This document shows positions 51,012 through 63,100 of a stretch of 64,000 nt of DNA, in pieces; the first letter of the stretch is position 1; each line of letters starts with the position of its first letter. Below the pieces are notes generated by a model. It was not told where the DNA came from and searched no databases. It was given only the letters and a program-made list of their open reading frames with translations. Source of the DNA: Saprospiraceae bacterium (GTDB taxonomy: Bacteria; Bacteroidota; Bacteroidia; Chitinophagales; Saprospiraceae); the NCBI GenBank assembly GCA_020436785.1, contig JAGQXC010000396.1, positions 9,752-73,751 on the forward strand, read 5' to 3'. The position numbers and the translations under genes were made by a program.

Positions 51012-51530
51012 TTATCCGTTAAATAATTTTTCTACTTTGATGCTGCGCTGTTTGGCAATTGCCAGGGGGCTGCGCAAGCGAGCCAGGGCATCGATGGTTG
51101 CCTTCACCACATTGTGTGGATTGGAAGACCCATGTGACTTGGCCAATACATTATGCACTCCGGCAATTTCAAGCACGGCGCGCATGGCTCCACCGGCAAT
51201 GACTCCGGTACCGTCCGATGCAGGCTTGATTAAAACCCGGCCAGCTCCGTATTTACCTTGCTGGGCATGCGGAATGGTTCCTTTATGGATCGGCACTTTA
51301 ATCAAATTCTTCTTCGCATCATCCACCGCTTTCGAAATGGCTTCAGATACGTCCCGGGCTTTACCCAGTCCGTGACCGACGATGCCATTTCCATCGCCAA
51401 CGACAACAACTGCCGAAAAGCTAAATGTCCGCCCTCCTTTGGTAACTTTTGCTACCCGGTTTAAGTTGACCAGCTTTTCTTTTAATTCGGTGTCCGTCGG
51501 TCTGACGCGCTCCATTACAACTTTTGCCAT
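51012..51530 (-). CDS. rpsE: 30S ribosomal protein S5 (uS5)
   Basis: Contains [27 protein letters not shown]. Confidence 0.96.
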   Translation of the reverse strand: MAKVVMERVRPTDTELKEKLVNLNRVAKVTKGGRTFSFSAVVVVGDGNGIVGHGLGKARDVSEAISKAVDDAKKNLIKVPIHKGTIPHAQQGKYGAGRVLIKPASDGTGVIAGGAMRAVLEIAGVHNVLAKSHGSSNPHNVVKATIDALARLRSPLAIAKQRSIKVEKLFNG

Positions 51531-51550
51531 GTTAGGATTTCTTAGATGTA

Positions 51551-51904
51551 TTAAAATTTAAGACCAGCTTCACGGGCTCCATCGGCCAGGGCTTTCACCC
51601 GACCATGGTACAGGTACCCACCACGATCAAAGACAATGTTTTCGATTTGCAGGCTCTTTGCCCGTTCACCGATCAATTTGCCTACCAGCTTGGCCTGGTC
51701 TGCCTTATTGCCGGATTGACCTACTGCTTCTTCCCGTGAAGAGGCAGATGCCAGGGTCTTGCCTTCCAGGTCATTAACAATCTGGCAATAAATGAAGCGA
51801 TTGCTACGATAAACAGCCAAACGTGGTCTTCCTGCCGTTCCACTGATTTTATTGCGAATGCCGTAATGGATTTTACGCCGGCGATTTGCTTTTGAGAATT
51901 TCAT
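51551..51904 (-). CDS. rplR: 50S ribosomal protein L18 (uL18)
   Basis: Contains [20 protein letters not shown]...[26 protein letters not shown]. Confidence 0.96.
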   Translation of the reverse strand: MKFSKANRRRKIHYGIRNKISGTAGRPRLAVYRSNRFIYCQIVNDLEGKTLASASSREEAVGQSGNKADQAKLVGKLIGERAKSLQIENIVFDRGGYLYHGRVKALADGAREAGLKF

Positions 51905-51936
51905 CGTTTATGGTCTCTTTACGTTCTGATCAAATA

Positions 51937-52491
51937 TTATTTACCGGCCGTCTTACCTGCTTTACGACGGATGACTTCGCCAGCGAACTTGATACCTTTC
52001 CCTTTGTACGGTTCCGGTTTGCGGTAAGAACGGATCTTCGCTGCGACCTGTCCCAGCAATTGTTTATCCGACCCGCTGAGGCGAATGACCGGCGCTTTAC
52101 CTTTTTCAGTGGCCGTTTCAACTTTCAATTCGTCAGGTACATAGAAATAGATCGGGTGAGAATAACCGACAGAAAACTCGATGAGGTTGCCGGTATTACT
52201 GGCACGATAACCTACCCCAACCAATTCCAGGTCTTTTTGGAATCCATCTGAAACACCCTGAACCATGTTGGCAATCAATGCGCGGCTCAATCCGTGTATT
52301 TCACGATGGCGCTTTTGATTGGTCGGGCGTTTAACGCTCAACTCATTGCCTTCGATTTCCACCGACAGATCAACATCAATCTTTTGGGAAAGCTCTCCTT
52401 TAGGACCTTTTACCGACACGACGTTATTTTTCGCCACATTGACGGTCACTCCGGCTGGTATGTTGATGACTGCTTTACCTATCCTTGACAT
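51937..52491 (-). CDS. rplF: 50S ribosomal protein L6 (uL6)
   Basis: Starts MSRIGKAVINIPAGVTV. Confidence 0.96.
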   Translation of the reverse strand: MSRIGKAVINIPAGVTVNVAKNNVVSVKGPKGELSQKIDVDLSVEIEGNELSVKRPTNQKRHREIHGLSRALIANMVQGVSDGFQKDLELVGVGYRASNTGNLIEFSVGYSHPIYFYVPDELKVETATEKGKAPVIRLSGSDKQLLGQVAAKIRSYRKPEPYKGKGIKFAGEVIRRKAGKTAGK

Positions 52492-52512
52492 GATGGTTGC
52501 TTTTTAATCGTA

Positions 52513-52920
52513 TTAATAAACGTAACAAATCAGCTCACCGCCTACTTTCTGTGCCTGGGCCTGTTTGCTGGTCATCAGTCCCATGGAAGTTGAGACGATG
52601 GCAATCCCCAGGCCATTGATAATGCGGGGCAAATCCGTTGCCTTGGAATATTTCCGCAAACCGGGACGTGAAATGCGCTGAAGGTTACGGATAACCGGCA
52701 ATTTCGTCGCCGGATCGTACTTGAGCGCAATTTTAATCACTTCGCCTTTTTGACCGGGCTCACCTTCAAATTTGTATTTCAGGATGTAACCTTGATCGTA
52801 AAGGATCTCGGTGATGTGTTTTTTCATATTGCTTGCCGGAATTTCTACAATCCGGTGTCCAGCCTGCTGCGCATTACGAATTCGCGTCAGATAGTCTGCT
52901 ATTGGATCTGTTACTGCCAT
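52513..52920 (-). CDS. rpsH: 30S ribosomal protein S8 (uS8)
   Basis: Starts MAVTDPIADYLTRIRNAQQAGH. Confidence 0.96.
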   Translation of the reverse strand: MAVTDPIADYLTRIRNAQQAGHRIVEIPASNMKKHITEILYDQGYILKYKFEGEPGQKGEVIKIALKYDPATKLPVIRNLQRISRPGLRKYSKATDLPRIINGLGIAIVSTSMGLMTSKQAQAQKVGGELICYVY

Positions 52921-52942
52921 TGTTTCGCTTAATTTAACTGGA

Positions 52943-53212
52943 TTACCAACTTGCTTTCGTTACTCCTGGGATTTTACCATCCAAGGCCATATCCCTGAAC
53001 TGAACCCGGCAAAGTCCGAAACGGCGGATATAACCTTTCGGGCGGCCGGTTAGTTTACAACGATTTTTCAACCGTACGGCACTGCCATTGCGGGGCAATT
53101 TATCCAATTCGTCCCAACGTCCTTCTTCTTTCAACTTTGCACGCAGGTCAGCATACTTGGCCACCATGCGTTCACGTTTTTTCTGACGGGCTATGATCGA
53201 TTTTTTTGACAT
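52943..53212 (-). CDS. rpsN: 30S ribosomal protein S14 (uS14), long non-zinc form
   Basis: 89-aa ORF ending ...[11 protein letters not shown]. No CxxC pairs. Confidence 0.95.
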   Translation of the reverse strand: MSKKSIIARQKKRERMVAKYADLRAKLKEEGRWDELDKLPRNGSAVRLKNRCKLTGRPKGYIRRFGLCRVQFRDMALDGKIPGVTKASW

Positions 53213-53223
53213 AACGAATTCGA

Positions 53224-53784
53224 TTAATTGCGTTGATTCTTAAATGGTAATCCTAAATGTTTTAGCAATTCAAATGCTTCTTTATCGGTCTTCGCACTGG
53301 TAACGATGGTGATGTCCATTCCTGCAATGCGATTTACTTTGTCGAGGTCAATTTCCGGAAAAATGATCTGTTCGGTGATACCCAGGGTATAATTGCCATT
53401 GCCGTCGAAACTCTTGTCGCTGATTCCCTGGAAGTCCCGTACACGCGGAAGGGCAACCGATACCAGGCGATCCAGGAATTCATACATGCGATCGTGGCGA
53501 AGTGTCACGCGTGCACCTATGGGCATACCTTCCCGCAATTTAAAATTGGACACCGACTTTCTGGCTTTGGTTGGAACCGCTTTCTGACCGGCGATGGTCG
53601 TCAATTCATCCAGAGCCACGTCTACCAGTTTTTTATCCTGGGTGGCCACGCCGACGCCCTGGTTTATACTGATCTTCAGGATGCGGGGCACCTCCATGAT
53701 GGATTTGTATTGAAACTGATCCATCAGCTTCTTGACGATGTCCTCGCGATATAGGGTCTTAAGTCTGGGTTGATAGCTCATCAC
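53224..53784 (-). CDS. rplE: 50S ribosomal protein L5 (uL5)
   Basis: 186-aa ORF with [17 protein letters not shown]. Operon position. Confidence 0.96.
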   Translation of the reverse strand: MMSYQPRLKTLYREDIVKKLMDQFQYKSIMEVPRILKISINQGVGVATQDKKLVDVALDELTTIAGQKAVPTKARKSVSNFKLREGMPIGARVTLRHDRMYEFLDRLVSVALPRVRDFQGISDKSFDGNGNYTLGITEQIIFPEIDLDKVNRIAGMDITIVTSAKTDKEAFELLKHLGLPFKNQRN

Positions 53785-54122
53785 TTAATTATTTCTCCAG
53801 ATTTTTTTGAATAGCGAACCAATTTATCACCGTCCAACTTACGCCCGATGCGGGTCGGCTCGCCGGATTTGGGATCGACCAGGGACAAGTTGGACAAATG
53901 AATGGGACGGTTAATTTCGTTGATACCGCCGGGATTATCATTGGTCGGCTTCATGTGTTTTTTAGCCAAATTTACACCATCCACAATGGCCGTGTAATTC
54001 TTGGGAAACACTTGCAGTACTTCCCCTTTGTTCCCTTTATAGGCGCCTGCATTCACGATGACTGTATCGCCTTTGCGGATGTGCAGTTTTTGTGTGCTGT
54101 GGCTATTTACTTTTTTTGACAT
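53781..54122 (-). CDS. rplX: 50S ribosomal protein L24 (uL24)
   Basis: KOW motif [21 protein letters not shown]. 4-nt overlap with rplE. Confidence 0.95.
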   Translation of the reverse strand: MSKKVNSHSTQKLHIRKGDTVIVNAGAYKGNKGEVLQVFPKNYTAIVDGVNLAKKHMKPTNDNPGGINEINRPIHLSNLSLVDPKSGEPTRIGRKLDGDKLVRYSKKSGEIIK

Positions 54123-54139
54123 GTCCTAAACGTTTAAGC

Positions 54140-54505
54140 TTAAAGTACTTCAGGAGCTAGGGAAACGATCCGCATAAAGTCACGCTCCCTTAATTCACGG
54201 GCAACCGGCCCAAAAATACGGGTACCACGTGGTTCGTCGGCGGCATTCAAAAGGACGACCGCATTGTCATCGAAACGAATGTAGGAACCATCGCGGCGAC
54301 GGATTTCCTTTTTAGTGCGGACCACGACCGCTTTGGATACCGTCCCTTTTTTGATCCCTCCCGGGCTTGCCGATTTAACCGATACGACAATTTTATCGCC
54401 GATGGATGCATAACGGCGTTTGGAACCGCCCAGAACACGGATGCACAAAACTTCCTTTGCACCGCTATTGTCTGCCACTTTCAATCTTGACTCTTGCTGG
54501 ATCAT
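54140..54505 (-). CDS. rplN: 50S ribosomal protein L14 (uL14)
   Basis: Starts [27 protein letters not shown]. Confidence 0.97.
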   Translation of the reverse strand: MIQQESRLKVADNSGAKEVLCIRVLGGSKRRYASIGDKIVVSVKSASPGGIKKGTVSKAVVVRTKKEIRRRDGSYIRFDDNAVVLLNAADEPRGTRIFGPVARELRERDFMRIVSLAPEVL

Positions 54506-54539
54506 CGTTTATTCCGATTAATAATATTGGCGAAATCAA

Positions 54540-54797
54540 TTACTTAGCACGTTCTACGATCTCCACCACACGCCAGCGTTTGGATTTGCTGAGTGGCCGG
54601 GTTTCCATAATCCGTACGGTATCACCCACATGGCAATCGTTCGTTTCATCATGCGCCATGAATTTCTTGGTGTGCATAACGTATTTACCATAAATGGGGT
54701 GCTGCAAACGACGCACGACGGACACCGTCACCGATTTTTCCATTTTATCGCTGGTGACGACGCCTACCCGGGTTTTCCGCTGTTTGGTATGTGACAT
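54540..54797 (-). CDS. rpsQ: 30S ribosomal protein S17 (uS17)
   Basis: 85-aa ORF with [18 protein letters not shown]. Confidence 0.95.
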   Translation of the reverse strand: MSHTKQRKTRVGVVTSDKMEKSVTVSVVRRLQHPIYGKYVMHTKKFMAHDETNDCHVGDTVRIMETRPLSKSKRWRVVEIVERAK

Positions 54798-54831
54798 ATG
54801 ATCTTACTTAGCGTACCTTAAATTTGTTAAA

Positions 54832-55089
54832 TTATTTGGTGCGGCGGTGCCGGATTTTGCCTCTGGCAGCTTTCGCCTCATCAGATAAACCGTCCAATTG
54901 ACGGCGACGCATTTCAGTCTGGATACGTGCGATGTCGCGACGAATCTCGCGTAGACGCAGTGGATTATCCAAACCTTTAATCGTATGGTCGAACCGTAAT
55001 TTTTGGAACTGCACCTCCGTCTCGGCCAATTCGTTGGAGAGATCGCTGTCGGAGAAGTCCTGTAATTCCAAATATTTTTTACTCGGCAT
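54832..55089 (-). CDS. rpmC: 50S ribosomal protein L29 (uL29) with a C-terminal basic extension
   Basis: 85-aa ORF. L29-like helical core (LRFDHTIKGLDNPLRLREIRRDIARI) between rplP and rpsQ. Confidence 0.88.
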   Translation of the reverse strand: MPSKKYLELQDFSDSDLSNELAETEVQFQKLRFDHTIKGLDNPLRLREIRRDIARIQTEMRRRQLDGLSDEAKAARGKIRHRRTK

Positions 55090-55127
55090 GATCTGATGAT
55101 TTATGATACCTCTTAATAGTTATTCGA

Positions 55128-55547
55128 TTATTCCTGGTAATCCCTGCGAACTACGGTTTTTGTCAATACCGGCAATTTCTGGGCGGCAAGCCGCAATGCT
55201 TCCACCGCGACATCTGCCGGCACCCCGTCCAATTCAAACAGGATACGACCCGGTTCGATAATTGCTACATAGTGATCCAGCGGACCTTTACCCTTACCCA
55301 TCCGCACTTCCTGAGGCTTCTTGGTTATGGGTTTGTCCGGGAAAATCCGGATCCAAACGTTACCTTCCCTTTTCATATGACGGGTCATGGCAATCCTCGC
55401 GGACTCGATCTGACGGCTGGTCAATCGTCCACCGTCCAATGACTTAAGTCCAAAAGAACCGAATGCGATCGTCGTTCCTCTTTTCGCTACAGCCCGGATA
55501 CCTCCTTTCTGCTGCTTGCGATATTTCATTCTTTTGGGCTGTAACAT
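55128..55547 (-). CDS. rplP: 50S ribosomal protein L16 (uL16)
   Basis: Starts [15 protein letters not shown]. Confidence 0.97.
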   Translation of the reverse strand: MLQPKRMKYRKQQKGGIRAVAKRGTTIAFGSFGLKSLDGGRLTSRQIESARIAMTRHMKREGNVWIRIFPDKPITKKPQEVRMGKGKGPLDHYVAIIEPGRILFELDGVPADVAVEALRLAAQKLPVLTKTVVRRDYQE

Positions 55548-55619
55548 GGTCTGATATTTTAGAGATTACTATTCTTTTTGCAAAAGTTCGGCAAAGGTAC
55601 TAGAAATTAATGGAAGATT

Positions 55620-56357
55620 CTAACCGCGTTTCGGATTTCTTTTGCGTCCACCACGGCCGCCCCGGTCGCGATCAGAGCTTCCCCGCTGCTGGGGGGTGGT
55701 AGCCACACCGGCATTAGGAGACAGATCCCTTTTACCCAGAACTTCGCCTTTACAAATCCAGCACTTGATTCCAATTTTACCATACACGGTTTGTGCTTCT
55801 TTCAACGAATAATCGATATCGGCACGAAAGGTATGGAGCGGTGTCCGACCATCTTTGTATTCCTCGGAGCGAGCCATTTCTGCTCCGTTCAGACGACCTG
55901 AAATACGGATTTTTATTCCTTCGGCACCGGCACGCATCGTCGATTGGATGGCCATCTTGATGGCGCGGCGATAATTGATCCTTGATTCGATCTGCTTGGC
56001 AATGGATTCGGCCACGATGGCGGCATCCATTTCCGGTTTGCGGATCTCTATGATGTTGATTTGGACATCTTTACCCGTAAGCTTCTTTAATTCCTCACGG
56101 ATTTGATCCACCTCGGACCCGCCTTTGCCAATGATGATGCCAGGACGGGAGGTGTGAATGGTCACGGTAACACGCTTCAGGGTGCGCTCGATGATGACCC
56201 GAGCGATACCGCCTTTTTGAATACGGGCATCCAGGTAGTTACGGATTTTCTGGTCTTCAACCACCTTTTCGGCCATGTCGCGGCCTCCGTACCAGTTGGA
56301 ATCCCAACCCCGGATGATGCCTAAACGATTGCCTACTGGATTTGTCTTCTGTCCCAT
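55620..56357 (-). CDS. rpsC: 30S ribosomal protein S3 (uS3) with an RGG-rich C-terminal tail
   Basis: Starts [23 protein letters not shown]. Tail ...[23 protein letters not shown]. Confidence 0.96.
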   Translation of the reverse strand: MGQKTNPVGNRLGIIRGWDSNWYGGRDMAEKVVEDQKIRNYLDARIQKGGIARVIIERTLKRVTVTIHTSRPGIIIGKGGSEVDQIREELKKLTGKDVQINIIEIRKPEMDAAIVAESIAKQIESRINYRRAIKMAIQSTMRAGAEGIKIRISGRLNGAEMARSEEYKDGRTPLHTFRADIDYSLKEAQTVYGKIGIKCWICKGEVLGKRDLSPNAGVATTPQQRGSSDRDRGGRGGRKRNPKRG

Positions 56358-56387
56358 TTATTTGGAATTAATAAGTTTTTTATTTGT

Positions 56388-56774
56388 TTATTCTTCTTCG
56401 TCGAGAGCCGGTGCCAGATCGCTGCTGATGGCCAGTTTATTGGAAACCGCCAGCGTAATATGGTTCGTGCGTTTACGAATACGGTGTGCACGCCCGTGCG
56501 GAGCCGGACGGAACCGTTTCAGAATCATCCCATCGTCAACCAGTGCCCGGGACACAATCAGATTGTAATCTTCCGCACTGAGTGAGCCTGATTTATTCTC
56601 CCAGTTGGCAATGGCCGACAACAAGACTTTCTCCACCCAAATGGCGGCCTCCCGGTTGGTAAATTTCAGGATGTTCAAAGCGTCTTCGACGCGTTTTCCC
56701 CGGATGGTATCTACCACCATGCGCATTTTGCGGGCGGACATCGGGCAATTTTTCAATTTCGCTACAGCTTCCAT
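56388..56774 (-). CDS. rplV: 50S ribosomal protein L22 (uL22)
   Basis: Contains SARKMRMVVDTIRGKRVEDALNILKF. Confidence 0.95.
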   Translation of the reverse strand: MEAVAKLKNCPMSARKMRMVVDTIRGKRVEDALNILKFTNREAAIWVEKVLLSAIANWENKSGSLSAEDYNLIVSRALVDDGMILKRFRPAPHGRAHRIRKRTNHITLAVSNKLAISSDLAPALDEEE

Positions 56775-56808
56775 GCTTGCTACTATTCGATATTAATAGG
56801 ATAAAAGC

Positions 56809-57078
56809 TTACTTCTTACGGTTACCAGAGTGGCCACGGAAGGTCCGCGTTGGCGCGAATTCTCCCAATTTGTGTCCCACCATGTTCTCGGTAACAAAAA
56901 CCGGTACGAAGGTTTTACCGTTATGCACGGCAATGGTCAGACCTACCATATCCGGAATGATCATAGAGGCTCGTGACCAGGTCTTGATCACCGATTTTTT
57001 ACCGGATGACCGGGACAGCTCTACTTTCTTAAGCAATTTATTGAATACGTATGGTCCTTTTTTTACGGAACGAGCCAT
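56809..57078 (-). CDS. rpsS: 30S ribosomal protein S19 (uS19)
   Basis: Starts [11 protein letters not shown] and contains [15 protein letters not shown]. Confidence 0.97.
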   Translation of the reverse strand: MARSVKKGPYVFNKLLKKVELSRSSGKKSVIKTWSRASMIIPDMVGLTIAVHNGKTFVPVFVTENMVGHKLGEFAPTRTFRGHSGNRKK

Positions 57079-57101
57079 GACTTCTACTTTATCTTAACGG
57101 T

Positions 57102-57929
57102 TTATTTTGTTTTTCTCTTCGAGATGATCAGTCGATCGGAGTGTTTATGCGGTGATCTGGTCTTCTCACCTTTGGCCATCACCCCAGTGCGGGAACGTGG
57201 ATGTCCTCCTGAGGCACGTCCTTCACCACCACCCATCGGGTGATCAACCGGGTTCATTGCTACCCCACGAACACGTGGGCGCTTACCTACCCAGCGTTTG
57301 CGTCCTGCTTTACCAAACACCTGTAATCCGTGATCAGGGTTAGAGGTCTTGCCATAAGTTGCCCGGCAAGTAAGCAGGATCCGCCGCACTTCCCCGGAAG
57401 GCAGTTTGATCACTGCGTAGCGATCCTCACGTCCCATCAGCACACCGTAGGTACCCGCACTGCGAGCCAGTGATGCTCCCTTTCCCGGGTACAGTTCAAT
57501 GGCATGAATTTCGGAACCCAGCGGTATATTGGCCAGGAACATGGCATTACCAATCTGCGGACCGGCATTTTCACCGGATAAAAGTACATCCCCAACGCTC
57601 AGTTTATCCGGAGCGAGGATGTAACGTTTTTCACCATCCGCATAAGCCAACAGTGCAATGTAAGCACTGCGGTTCGGATCGTACTCAATGCTTTTCACGG
57701 TGGCCGGAATGCCGTCCTTATTGCGTTTAAAATCAATAACGCGATAACGTTTTTTGTGTCCACCGCCGATATTACGAACCGTCATTTTTCCGGTGCCATT
57801 ACGGCCTCCGGAAGAACTTTTGCCTTTAATCAGGCTTTTTTCGGGCTTATCGGTGGTAACTTCCGCAAAGGTATTTCCGACGAGGAAACGTGTTCCCGGA
57901 GTTACTGGACGATACTTTTTAACTGGCAT
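57102..57929 (-). CDS. rplB: 50S ribosomal protein L2 (uL2)
   Basis: 275-aa ORF with GGGHKKRYR and [17 protein letters not shown]. Confidence 0.97.
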   Translation of the reverse strand: MPVKKYRPVTPGTRFLVGNTFAEVTTDKPEKSLIKGKSSSGGRNGTGKMTVRNIGGGHKKRYRVIDFKRNKDGIPATVKSIEYDPNRSAYIALLAYADGEKRYILAPDKLSVGDVLLSGENAGPQIGNAMFLANIPLGSEIHAIELYPGKGASLARSAGTYGVLMGREDRYAVIKLPSGEVRRILLTCRATYGKTSNPDHGLQVFGKAGRKRWVGKRPRVRGVAMNPVDHPMGGGEGRASGGHPRSRTGVMAKGEKTRSPHKHSDRLIISKRKTK

Positions 57930-57968
57930 CTCGAACTGCTTTTAATATTATGAGACTTCGTATCCAAA

Positions 57969-58265
57969 TTAAATATCACCAAAGAAATCGATCTCCTCAC
58001 CGGCAGCCAGGGTGATGATGGCTTTTTTATAGGCCGGTTTACGTCCCTGTACCATTCCTCCACGCGTATTTCTACGTTTTGATTTACCAGGCACGACAAG
58101 GGTATTGACCGAATCGACGTTCACATTGTAAATTTTCTCAACTTCCTTACGGATTTCCACTTTATTGGCTCCGCGATCCACCATAAACGTGTAATGCCCA
58201 CGTTTCTCGGAAAGTTTCTCGGCTTTCTCGGAGATGATCGGTTTGATGATGATTTGTTTTCCCAT
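57969..58265 (-). CDS. rplW: 50S ribosomal protein L23 (uL23)
   Basis: 98-aa ORF with IIKPIISEKAEKL...FMVDRGANKVEIRKEVEKIY. Confidence 0.95.
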   Translation of the reverse strand: MGKQIIIKPIISEKAEKLSEKRGHYTFMVDRGANKVEIRKEVEKIYNVNVDSVNTLVVPGKSKRRNTRGGMVQGRKPAYKKAIITLAAGEEIDFFGDI

Positions 58266-58282
58266 GTTATTTCCTTTTACGC

Positions 58283-58909
58283 TTAAGCAAACAGTTGCTT
58301 AATGGTGTTAATGGAACTTTCTACAAAAACCAATTGATCGGCATTCAACACATCGTACGTATTCAGGTCATTAGCTACCACAACCATTGAGTGCGGTACA
58401 TTACGACTCGAACGGTAAAGCACACTATCCGGTTCGTTGGTTACCAGGATGGTTTTATGCGCATCCACCTTAAGATTCTGGAGGATATTTACGTATTCTC
58501 TGGTCTTGGGAGCATCGAAAGTAAAATCTTCGATGACCACAACCTGACCGGCAGCAGCTTTAGCGGAAAGCGCTGATTTGCGAGCCAGGGCCTTTACTTT
58601 CTTATTCAGCTGGATGCCATAAGTACGTGGACGGGGTCCGAAAGCACGGGGTCCGCCACGAAACTCAATGTTTTTAATTGAACCAAACCGAGCCGTACCG
58701 GTACCTTTCTGTTTCTTCAGCTTTTTCGTACTTCCGGATATTTCGCTGCGTTCTTTGGCTTTGTGGGTGCCCTGACGCTGGTTAGCCAGGTATTGCTTTA
58801 CGGAGAGGTAAACGGCATGTTCATTAGGTTCCACACCGAAGATTTCACCGGGAAGCTCCACCGTTTTACCGGTTTTTTCACCTTTTATGCTGAGCACATC
58901 TACTTTCAT
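58283..58909 (-). CDS. rplD: 50S ribosomal protein L4 (uL4)
   Basis: 208-aa ORF with KKQKGTGTARFGS. Confidence 0.96.
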   Translation of the reverse strand: MKVDVLSIKGEKTGKTVELPGEIFGVEPNEHAVYLSVKQYLANQRQGTHKAKERSEISGSTKKLKKQKGTGTARFGSIKNIEFRGGPRAFGPRPRTYGIQLNKKVKALARKSALSAKAAAGQVVVIEDFTFDAPKTREYVNILQNLKVDAHKTILVTNEPDSVLYRSSRNVPHSMVVVANDLNTYDVLNADQLVFVESSINTIKQLFA

Positions 58910-58911
58910 GA

Positions 58912-59535
58912 CTATTTCTTTTCGATGATTACGAATGAGCCCTTATGACCAGGAATGGCGCCTTTGATCAGGACGATATTCTGCTCAGGGAAAATTTTCA
59001 CCACCCTCAGGTTGCGGATTTTAACATTATCGCCTCCCATTCGTCCGGCCATGCGCATCCCCTTTACGACTTTGGATGGATACGAAGAGGCGCCGATGGA
59101 ACCAGGAGCGCGTTCGCGGTTATGCTGACCGTGGGTCCGCTGCCCGACACCACTAAAACCGTGGCGCTTCACAACCCCCTGAAAGCCTTTGCCTTTGCTG
59201 GTACCTACGGCACTAACTTTGTCACCCTCGTTGAGGACTTCAGCCACCGAGATGGTTTCGCCCAGGCTTTTTTGCAATGGATGATTGCGGAACTCTCTTA
59301 CAAAGGACTTGGGAGTGGTATCTGCCTTTTCGAAATGCCCAATCATCGGATTAGGCGTATTCTTGGCCTTACGTTCACCAAATGCCAATTGCAAGGCATT
59401 GTAACCTTCTGAATCTTCGGTTTTGACCTGGGACACAACATTCGGACCGGCTTCAACAATCGTACAAGCGACGTTTTTGCCGGCGGTGTCATAGATGCTG
59501 GTCATACCGATTTTACGACCGATTATTCCGTTCAC
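58912..59535 (-). CDS. rplC: 50S ribosomal protein L3 (uL3)
   Basis: Starts [16 protein letters not shown] and contains [13 protein letters not shown]. Confidence 0.97.
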   Translation of the reverse strand: MNGIIGRKIGMTSIYDTAGKNVACTIVEAGPNVVSQVKTEDSEGYNALQLAFGERKAKNTPNPMIGHFEKADTTPKSFVREFRNHPLQKSLGETISVAEVLNEGDKVSAVGTSKGKGFQGVVKRHGFSGVGQRTHGQHNRERAPGSIGASSYPSKVVKGMRMAGRMGGDNVKIRNLRVVKIFPEQNIVLIKGAIPGHKGSFVIIEKK

Positions 59536-59628
59536 GGTAATATGTTTTACAATAATTGACTGAATAACAGATGCTTTCCTGATGCTATGATCGGGTGAGC
59601 ACCTTTAAATCCCTACTTCTGGTCCGGG

Positions 59629-59937
59629 TTAAGTCAGCTTAACCTGAATATCCACACCACTTGGCAGTTCTAATTTTGACAAAGCGTCTACCGTCTTGGG
59701 TGTAGGAGTGTAAATTTCGATAAGACGCTTGTGCGTGCGGAGTTGAAACTGCTCACGGGATTTCTTATTCACATGCGGAGAGCGCAAAACTGTGAATATT
59801 TCTTTTTCCGTGGGCAGAGGAATCGGACCGGTCACCACCGCTCCACTCGAACGCACCGTCTTCACGATCTTCTCCGTTGATTTATCAACCAGATTGTGGT
59901 CGTAAGAACGAAGTTTAATGCGAATTTTTTGATTCAT
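59629..59937 (-). CDS. rpsJ: 30S ribosomal protein S10 (uS10)
   Basis: Contains [17 protein letters not shown]...GPIPLPT. Confidence 0.97.
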   Translation of the reverse strand: MNQKIRIKLRSYDHNLVDKSTEKIVKTVRSSGAVVTGPIPLPTEKEIFTVLRSPHVNKKSREQFQLRTHKRLIEIYTPTPKTVDALSKLELPSGVDIQVKLT

Positions 59938-59972
59938 AACCCAGTTTATGAAATATCTCTACAATATTAAGT

Positions 59973-62108
59973 TCAAACTTTAACTGCTCCTTTGGCTTTC
60001 TCGATCACCTCATCGGCAACGCCCTTGGGCACTGGAGAGAAATGGGAGAATTCCATGGTTGAACTGGCCCGGCCCGAGGTAATCGTACGCAATTGCGTTA
60101 CGTAACCAAACATTTCCGAAAGCGGCACATCGGCTTGAATAGCGATCGCACCGCCGGCCCGGACTTCCTGTCCTTTTGGCAACCCACGGCGACGGTTCAG
60201 GTCACCGATGACCGATCCGGTATATTCTTCCGGACAAACCACCTCAAGTTTCATGATGGGTTCCAGGATCATCGGATTGGTTTTGGATGCAGCGGCCCGA
60301 TAGCCTTCCTTGGCGCACAATTCGAAAGCAATCGGCTTGGAGTCAACCGGGTGGGTCGATCCGTCATAGATACGTACTTTCATGCTATCCAACGCATAAC
60401 CGGCTAATGGTCCGTTGTCCATACAGGCGGTAAAGCCTTTCACGACCGAAGGAATCAATTCACGCGGAATGGAACCTCCAACGATGTTATTGACAAACTG
60501 CAACTTAACCTTTCCTGCCTTAAATTCTTCCGAATCCAGGAATTCCTGATCGGCAGGTCCGATCTCAAAAGCGATATCGGCAAACAAACCAGAACCACCG
60601 GTCTGTTTTTTCAGACGCTCGCGATGCTGTACCGGCACCGACAAAGCCTCTTTATAATTCACCTGGGGAGCCCCCTGGTTGCATTCTACTTTAAATTCAC
60701 GGCGCAAACGATCAACGATGATCTCCAGGTGTAATTCACCCATGCCGGAAATTACCGTTTGATTGGTGTCTTCATCGTACCGTACACGGAAGGTGGGATC
60801 TTCTTCCGCCAATTTGGCCAATGCCATCCCCAGCTTATCCAGGTCTTTTTGGGTCTTAGGCTCGATGGCCACCCCGATTACCGGTTCCGGGAAACTCATT
60901 GATTCCAGAATAATTGGGTCATCCAGTGCACACAGGGTATCGCCGGTACGGATGTCTTTGAAACCAACGGCTGCACCGATATCGCCCGCTTCCACCTTGT
61001 CGATGGGATTTTGCTTATTGGCATGCATTTGATACAAACGCGAGATCCGCTCTTTGTTGCCCGTACGCATGTTCATCACATACGATCCAGCATCCAATTT
61101 ACCCGAATAAACCCGCAGGAAGCAAAGTTTACCTACGTAAGGGTCGGTGGTAATTTTAAACGCCAATGCGGAGAAAGGTTCATCGACATCGGGTTTACGT
61201 ACTTCTTCTTCTTCGGTATCCGGATTGATGCCCCGGATGGCTTCCACATCGGAAGGTGCCGGCAGGTAGGCACATACCGCATCAAGAACGGCTTGAACGC
61301 CTTTGTTTTTGAAAGCGGTTCCACAGAATACCGGTGTAATGCTCATATCAATGACCGCCATGCGGATGGCCTTCTTGATTTCTGCTTCGCTGATCGAATT
61401 GGGATCGTCAAAGAATTTTTCCATCAGGCTTTCATCGTAGGAGGCGACCGCTTCCAGTAATTTCTCACGGTATTCGTCCACGGTATCCTGCAAGTCAGCC
61501 GGGATCGGGATTACGGTATAGGTCATACCCATATCTTCTTCATTCCAGATGATGGCCTGATTCAGTACCAGGTCAACCACACCACGGAAACTGTCTTCCG
61601 CACCGATGGGCACTTGCATTGGAATGGCATTAGCACCCAATTTTTCTCTGATGTCGGTTACGACTTCAAAAAAATCGGCACCGGCCCGGTCCATTTTGTT
61701 GACAAAGGCCAGACGGGGTACTTTATAACGGTCGGCTTGACGCCAAACGGTTTCAGACTGTGGTTCTACACCGGAAACGGCGCAGAAGAGTGCAACGGCA
61801 CCATCCAATACCCGCAAGGAGCGCTCTACTTCAACGGTAAAGTCCACGTGGCCCGGCGTATCGATGATGTTGATGGTATACGGATCCTCTTTGTATTTCC
61901 AGGATACTTTTGTGGCGGCAGAGGTAATGGTAATACCACGCTCTTGCTCCTGCTCCATGTGGTCCATGGTTGCAGCCCCTTCGTGAACTTCTCCAATTTT
62001 ATGGGTCAGACCCGTGTAATAGAGAATCCGCTCGGTGGTGGTTGTCTTCCCCGCATCAATGTGGGCGGCAATACCAATGTTCCGGGTGAATGCAAGTTTT
62101 TTAGACAT
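59973..62108 (-). CDS. fusA: Elongation factor G
   Basis: 711-aa ORF. G1 [20 protein letters not shown] and NKMDR. Confidence 0.97.
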   Translation of the reverse strand: MSKKLAFTRNIGIAAHIDAGKTTTTERILYYTGLTHKIGEVHEGAATMDHMEQEQERGITITSAATKVSWKYKEDPYTINIIDTPGHVDFTVEVERSLRVLDGAVALFCAVSGVEPQSETVWRQADRYKVPRLAFVNKMDRAGADFFEVVTDIREKLGANAIPMQVPIGAEDSFRGVVDLVLNQAIIWNEEDMGMTYTVIPIPADLQDTVDEYREKLLEAVASYDESLMEKFFDDPNSISEAEIKKAIRMAVIDMSITPVFCGTAFKNKGVQAVLDAVCAYLPAPSDVEAIRGINPDTEEEEVRKPDVDEPFSALAFKITTDPYVGKLCFLRVYSGKLDAGSYVMNMRTGNKERISRLYQMHANKQNPIDKVEAGDIGAAVGFKDIRTGDTLCALDDPIILESMSFPEPVIGVAIEPKTQKDLDKLGMALAKLAEEDPTFRVRYDEDTNQTVISGMGELHLEIIVDRLRREFKVECNQGAPQVNYKEALSVPVQHRERLKKQTGGSGLFADIAFEIGPADQEFLDSEEFKAGKVKLQFVNNIVGGSIPRELIPSVVKGFTACMDNGPLAGYALDSMKVRIYDGSTHPVDSKPIAFELCAKEGYRAAASKTNPMILEPIMKLEVVCPEEYTGSVIGDLNRRRGLPKGQEVRAGGAIAIQADVPLSEMFGYVTQLRTITSGRASSTMEFSHFSPVPKGVADEVIEKAKGAVKV

Positions 62109-62146
62109 GGTTGTGTTCTGCTTATACTGGATTTAAAAGAGTGTAT

Positions 62147-62614
62147 TTATACCTTAAAGTGTGCAAATGCCTTGTTGGCTTCTGCCATGCGGTGTGTATC
62201 TTCTTTTTTCTTTACGGCGGCTCCTTCCCCTTTGGAGGCAGCAACAATTTCGGCAGCCAATTTATCAGCCATCCCCTTGCCACTGCGCTGATCGGCATAC
62301 TTGATCAGCCATTTCATGCCAATGGATAATTTGCGACTTGGGTGGATTTCGGTTGGGATCTGGAAAGTAGCTCCTCCGATCCGGCGGCTCCGTACTTCGA
62401 CCTGGGGTGTGACATTGCTTAGAGCCTTCTGCCACACTTCGTGCTCATTGTCACTGGTACGCTTCTTGACAATTTCCATGGCATCATAAAACAGCTTATA
62501 GGCCGTATTCTTCTTGCCACGACGCATAATATTGTTCACAAACTTAGTCACCATCTGATCCTGGTAGCGGGGATCCGGAGCGATGATGCGAATTTTTGGC
62601 TTTCTTTTTCTCAT
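62147..62614 (-). CDS. rpsG: 30S ribosomal protein S7 (uS7)
   Basis: 155-aa ORF. Contains [22 protein letters not shown] and ends ...KAFAHFKV. Confidence 0.97.
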   Translation of the reverse strand: MRKRKPKIRIIAPDPRYQDQMVTKFVNNIMRRGKKNTAYKLFYDAMEIVKKRTSDNEHEVWQKALSNVTPQVEVRSRRIGGATFQIPTEIHPSRKLSIGMKWLIKYADQRSGKGMADKLAAEIVAASKGEGAAVKKKEDTHRMAEANKAFAHFKV

Positions 62615-62640
62615 GTCTCGAACTGATCAGACTCTATTAA

Positions 62641-63015
62641 TTATTTCTTGGGACGTTTGGTTCCATACTTCGAACGGCTCTTCTTCCGGTCATTCACACC
62701 TGCCGTATCCAGGGCGCCGCGAACAATGGTGTAACGAACACCAGGTAAATCTTTCACCCGTCCGCCCCGAATGAGCACGATGGAGTGCTCCTGGAGATTA
62801 TGCCCTTCTCCGGGAATGTAAGCAATCACTTCAATTTGGTTAGTCAGGCGGACTTTTGCCACTTTGCGGAGCGCCGAATTAGGCTTCTTTGGCGTCGTCG
62901 TGTACACACGGGTGCACACGCCACGCTTCTGCGGACACGCATTCAGTGCGCGGCTCTTGCTCTTTGTGATGACCTGCTCGCGGCCTTTTCTAACCAATTG
63001 ATTTATCGTAGGCAT
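62641..63015 (-). CDS. rpsL: 30S ribosomal protein S12 (uS12)
   Basis: Starts [12 protein letters not shown] and contains [10 protein letters not shown]. Confidence 0.97.
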   Translation of the reverse strand: MPTINQLVRKGREQVITKSKSRALNACPQKRGVCTRVYTTTPKKPNSALRKVAKVRLTNQIEVIAYIPGEGHNLQEHSIVLIRGGRVKDLPGVRYTIVRGALDTAGVNDRKKSRSKYGTKRPKK

Positions 63016-63100
63016 AATCTACGTCTTGTTTTAAATGTTAAGTTTTTTCTAGATACTTGACTTTCAGTCGATTCTAGTTTCCTTTTTTCAAAAGCGAATG

